DNA from: Piedraia hortae CBS 480.64
Lineage: Eukaryota
Length of the DNA: 34,643 nucleotides
Reading direction: 5' to 3'
Assembly: GCA_010093745.1 (NCBI GenBank)
Contig: MU006049.1
Span: 1-34,643, forward strand
Shown here piece after piece: positions 31,570 through 34,643 of the stretch (position 1 is the first letter of the stretch; the number at the start of each line of letters is the position of its first letter). The position numbers and the translations under genes are program-made. The notes beneath the pieces were generated by a model. The model was not told the DNA's origin. It saw nothing but the letters and a program-made list of their open reading frames with translations, and did not search any database.

Positions 31570-34500
31570 ATGTCTCCAGCTTCCAATGTGCCAGGTCGCT
31601 CCGCGAGCGGCCGCGAGGCATCTCGCCCCCGTGTTCAAGAGGTCCCGTCGTCCGCTGAGAAGGCCGGCGGGACCACATCGCTAACCCAACGTATCCATAA
31701 GGCCGTGTTGCCGCAGCTGTCGGAGAGGGACTCCATCTTTGCCACTCATTATGCCGACGACAGCGACGATTCTCGCGGTGTCACCCCGCCGAGCGCTGAG
31801 GGCTCCACCAAGCCTCTTCTTCATCCCGCCGTTCCCCAACCCCGGAAACCCGCAAGGCCTGCAGCCCAATCCCAGTGGCAGCATCGCTGGTCCATGAGCG
31901 AGGCCATGCCTGTGCAGACCTCGCTGCTGGGGGTCGATGGCGAGGCCGGGGAGGGTAGTACCACCCCCCGCGCCGACGATCACCAAAGAGAAACGTACCG
32001 GTCCTGGAGAGAGGGCAATGCAAAACCGGAGGGAATGACAATTGCAGAGTCTCAGCGGGAGCAGGCTCCCGAGGCCAACGTTGAAAGACTGATTGATGCA
32101 CGGATGCCGTCTGAGACCCGTACCCCCAACCTGCGTGGTCGCAAGGCCAGCCACTATCTCGGCGTTTTTCGTGAGAGAGAGGATGAAGTCAAGGGAAACT
32201 GGAAGAAAGACGTCCCGCTCGCTGTCGAAGAGGCTGTTGAAGAGGAGCCAGAAGACACTGTGACCCCCAAAGAACGACACTTGCCGCATGAGCTACTGGA
32301 GGAAATTCGTAAATCAACAAGGCGAAGACAGACTGTACAAGCAAAAGAGGCTGGCAAAGCAGAAGCCCCAGAATACATCAAGTCGGCTCAATATATCCCA
32401 CACAAGGGTCGTCGTGTGGATGACTCTCCCGATGACAAGCAAGTCTCGTTGAACCAGCGAGGAGAGGCGCCGGAGAAAAAGGATACTTCTGACCATGTAG
32501 ACATTGCTATACGACAAGGAGACACCAGCGATTGTCTGCAGGGAGATCTTTCGGAGCCGTCGTCTCTTCCAAAATTTGAGCCGCTGCCGTCACCTGCTCT
32601 TGTCGACAAGAATGTCAAATCTGACTCAGACTACGAATCAGACTACACGGGCTACGAATCACTGCCTGAGCCAGACGAGGCCAGAGCAACCGGCGGTCTC
32701 CGCCACCAACTGGACGTTGCCCGCGGCGTGCCTTCGGACTCGCGGCGGCCACCGGTGGGCGTTGTGGAGCTGAAGCCGTACAGACACCAGGTGGGAGGCC
32801 ACACGGCGCTCTACCGCTTTTCTAGGCGTGCCGTCTGCAAGCAGCTTAACAGCAAGGAGAACATGTTCTACGAAACGGTGGAGAAATATCATCCGGAGCT
32901 GTTGGGCTTCATGCCTCGTTATATTGGAGTGCTGAATGTCACTTATCGCAAAGACAAGCCAAAGGCTGTGCCTGAGGTCAAGGTGAGCAGTGCACCAGAT
33001 AAGTCTCCTGCAGATACGCCCAGAGTCTTCAGTCACTCGGCCCAGGCGTCCAATTCCATTCCTCATGTCGTTTTCGACAACAACAGGCACTTGATCCCGT
33101 TTGATCTCTTCCCTGCGCCCGCTAGACCGGCCACGTCGGGCGCCATGCAGCCCCGGACGGCCTCGTCTATGAGTGATGACGACTTTCTCACCCGCCGTAG
33201 GTCTTCGCTGCGAGAGCACTCCAGCTGGGGGTTCACGTCTGTCAATTCAAAGCTCCGTGACCATGTGCTTCGGGAAGTCTTTTCGCCGCCGCCTATCCAT
33301 CGTCATGATCGTAGGGAGCGCGCTCAGCACAGCAGGTTATTGCAGACGTTGCGTCCGCATGCTAACAGCAATCAGGCTGCTCCTCTTTCGCCAGCGGACC
33401 TGCTCAGCGGCCACGAGCGGTCTTCTTCGGATGGCCTCCACCAATCCGGTCTTAGCAGGAGCGCCGAGGCCCATCTGTCTGACCAACTTCCTCATGCCAT
33501 CCGCAGACGCCACTCTGGAGGCGGACTCCGAAAACCCGCCAACGCTGAAGGCGAACGGCAAGATCTCGAGTATCACGAAAACGACACCTTTGTCCCTGAA
33601 GCCACCAAAACTCCGACAACAGACATGCGCAAAAGCGTGCTCACCAGCCAACTAGCAGCCGCCAAGGCCGCCGAGCCTGACCTAGACACCGAGCCACGCA
33701 ACCCCGAAACCTCTCTCGTCCAACACGACGAACGGGTGGAACACTTTCTCCTCCTCGAAGATCTCACGGCTGGGATGCAAAAACCCTGCGTGCTAGACCT
33801 CAAAATGGGCACCCGCCAATACGGCGTCGACGCCGATTCCAAGAAACAAAAATCTCAAAAACGGAAATGCAAAATGACCACCTCCCTCGAGCTTGGCGTC
33901 CGCGTCTGTGGCATGCAAGTCTACAACGTCAAAGCGCAGCGGTACCATTTCGAAGATAAATACGTCGGCCGCGACATCAAAGCCGGCAAGGAATTCCGCG
34001 AGGCACTCCAACGTTTCTTCTTTGACGGAATCGGATACTCCCAGGCCGTGCAGCATATCCCCTCCCTTCTCGAGAAACTCACCGACCTGGATAAAATCAT
34101 TCGAAAACTACCGAGTTACCGCCTCTACGCGAGTAGTCTCCTGTTGATATACGACCGCGGCGACGCAGACGAGAAAGGGCGCTCTCGTCCCGTTAGCAGG
34201 TCTTTGGAGGATGGGAAAGGGGAAGAGAGTCATCATCACACGACGCAGTATAAAGGGATCAAGCTGAAAATCGTGGATTTTGCGAATTGTGTTACCTCGG
34301 AGAGGATCGAGGAGGTTCTGCTAAAGCCGTGTCCGCCCGCACATCCGTATGATGTTGATAGAGGGTATGTTCGTGGGTTGAGGACACTCAGGTTGTATTT
34401 TCGTAGGATTTGGGAGGAGCTGAATGATGTGAAACGGCATGTTGAGAGGGGGGAGGGGGAGGGTATGGGTGTTCCCTCTGCGAGGGTCGTGGGGGGAAAT

Positions 34501-34575
34501 GGATCCGCGAGTCTCAGTGCGAGGGGGTGGAGCGAGGTTGGAGTGGGGGATGAGGGAGGGGAGATGAGTACGTAG
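31570..34575 (+). CDS. KCS1: Inositol hexakisphosphate kinase (~1001 aa; start uncertain)
   Basis: [11 protein letters not shown]...[23 protein letters not shown], the IPK motif [22 protein letters not shown] and IVDFA. Confidence 0.92.
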   Translation: MSPASNVPGRSASGREASRPRVQEVPSSAEKAGGTTSLTQRIHKAVLPQLSERDSIFATHYADDSDDSRGVTPPSAEGSTKPLLHPAVPQPRKPARPAAQSQWQHRWSMSEAMPVQTSLLGVDGEAGEGSTTPRADDHQRETYRSWREGNAKPEGMTIAESQREQAPEANVERLIDARMPSETRTPNLRGRKASHYLGVFREREDEVKGNWKKDVPLAVEEAVEEEPEDTVTPKERHLPHELLEEIRKSTRRRQTVQAKEAGKAEAPEYIKSAQYIPHKGRRVDDSPDDKQVSLNQRGEAPEKKDTSDHVDIAIRQGDTSDCLQGDLSEPSSLPKFEPLPSPALVDKNVKSDSDYESDYTGYESLPEPDEARATGGLRHQLDVARGVPSDSRRPPVGVVELKPYRHQVGGHTALYRFSRRAVCKQLNSKENMFYETVEKYHPELLGFMPRYIGVLNVTYRKDKPKAVPEVKVSSAPDKSPADTPRVFSHSAQASNSIPHVVFDNNRHLIPFDLFPAPARPATSGAMQPRTASSMSDDDFLTRRRSSLREHSSWGFTSVNSKLRDHVLREVFSPPPIHRHDRRERAQHSRLLQTLRPHANSNQAAPLSPADLLSGHERSSSDGLHQSGLSRSAEAHLSDQLPHAIRRRHSGGGLRKPANAEGERQDLEYHENDTFVPEATKTPTTDMRKSVLTSQLAAAKAAEPDLDTEPRNPETSLVQHDERVEHFLLLEDLTAGMQKPCVLDLKMGTRQYGVDADSKKQKSQKRKCKMTTSLELGVRVCGMQVYNVKAQRYHFEDKYVGRDIKAGKEFREALQRFFFDGIGYSQAVQHIPSLLEKLTDLDKIIRKLPSYRLYASSLLLIYDRGDADEKGRSRPVSRSLEDGKGEESHHHTTQYKGIKLKIVDFANCVTSERIEEVLLKPCPPAHPYDVDRGYVRGLRTLRLYFRRIWEELNDVKRHVERGEGEGMGVPSARVVGGNGSASLSARGWSEVGVGDEGGEMST

Positions 34576-34643
34576 ATGACATGGTTTACCCGTGGGGATT
34601 GAGGGGGGTGTATGAGTAGATGATAACTTCTTTAGAAGGGCGG

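Noticed and set aside
7400..34147. Numerous 60-270 aa antisense and alternate-frame ORFs inside the housekeeping genes (e.g. 26335-27138, 29302-30105, 31681-32289, 19681-20262)
   Set aside because: Shadows of GC-rich coding sequence with no recognisable motifs. Those crossing 29983-30052 are artefacts of the N run.

Overview
Eukaryotic DNA from a compact, intron-poor filamentous ascomycete (Pezizomycotina-type genes, short GT-AG introns with CTRAY branch sites). The first ~7 kb is an accessory, decaying zone. It holds a frameshifted F-box/LRR-like gene, an internal DPH1 fragment with frameshifts, and two tandem copies (one dead, one intact) of an intronless ~277-aa orphan gene whose motif pattern resembles negative-strand RNA mycovirus nucleocapsid-type proteins (a possible endogenised viral gene; recalled resemblance only, not verified). 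From ~7.1 kb to the end the window is tightly packed housekeeping genes: ERG8, a large PPR protein, an intron-containing tRNA-Ile(TAT), a CTNNBL1-like splicing factor, a sugar O-acetyltransferase, importin-9/KAP114, REV7, WDR48/Duf1, TRM2, pyrimidine-specific GATase-CPSase, ATCase and KCS1. The most striking observation is that the normally fused fungal URA2/pyr-3 (CAD-like) gene appears split into a GATase-CPSase gene and a stand-alone ATCase gene, with no visible dihydroorotase-like domain. A 70-N gap lies between the two, so this needs read-level confirmation. Also notable are a cluster of TGCCTGAGGCA palindromes in a 190-bp bidirectional promoter and repeated abrupt C-rich to G-rich strand-skew switches inside genes.
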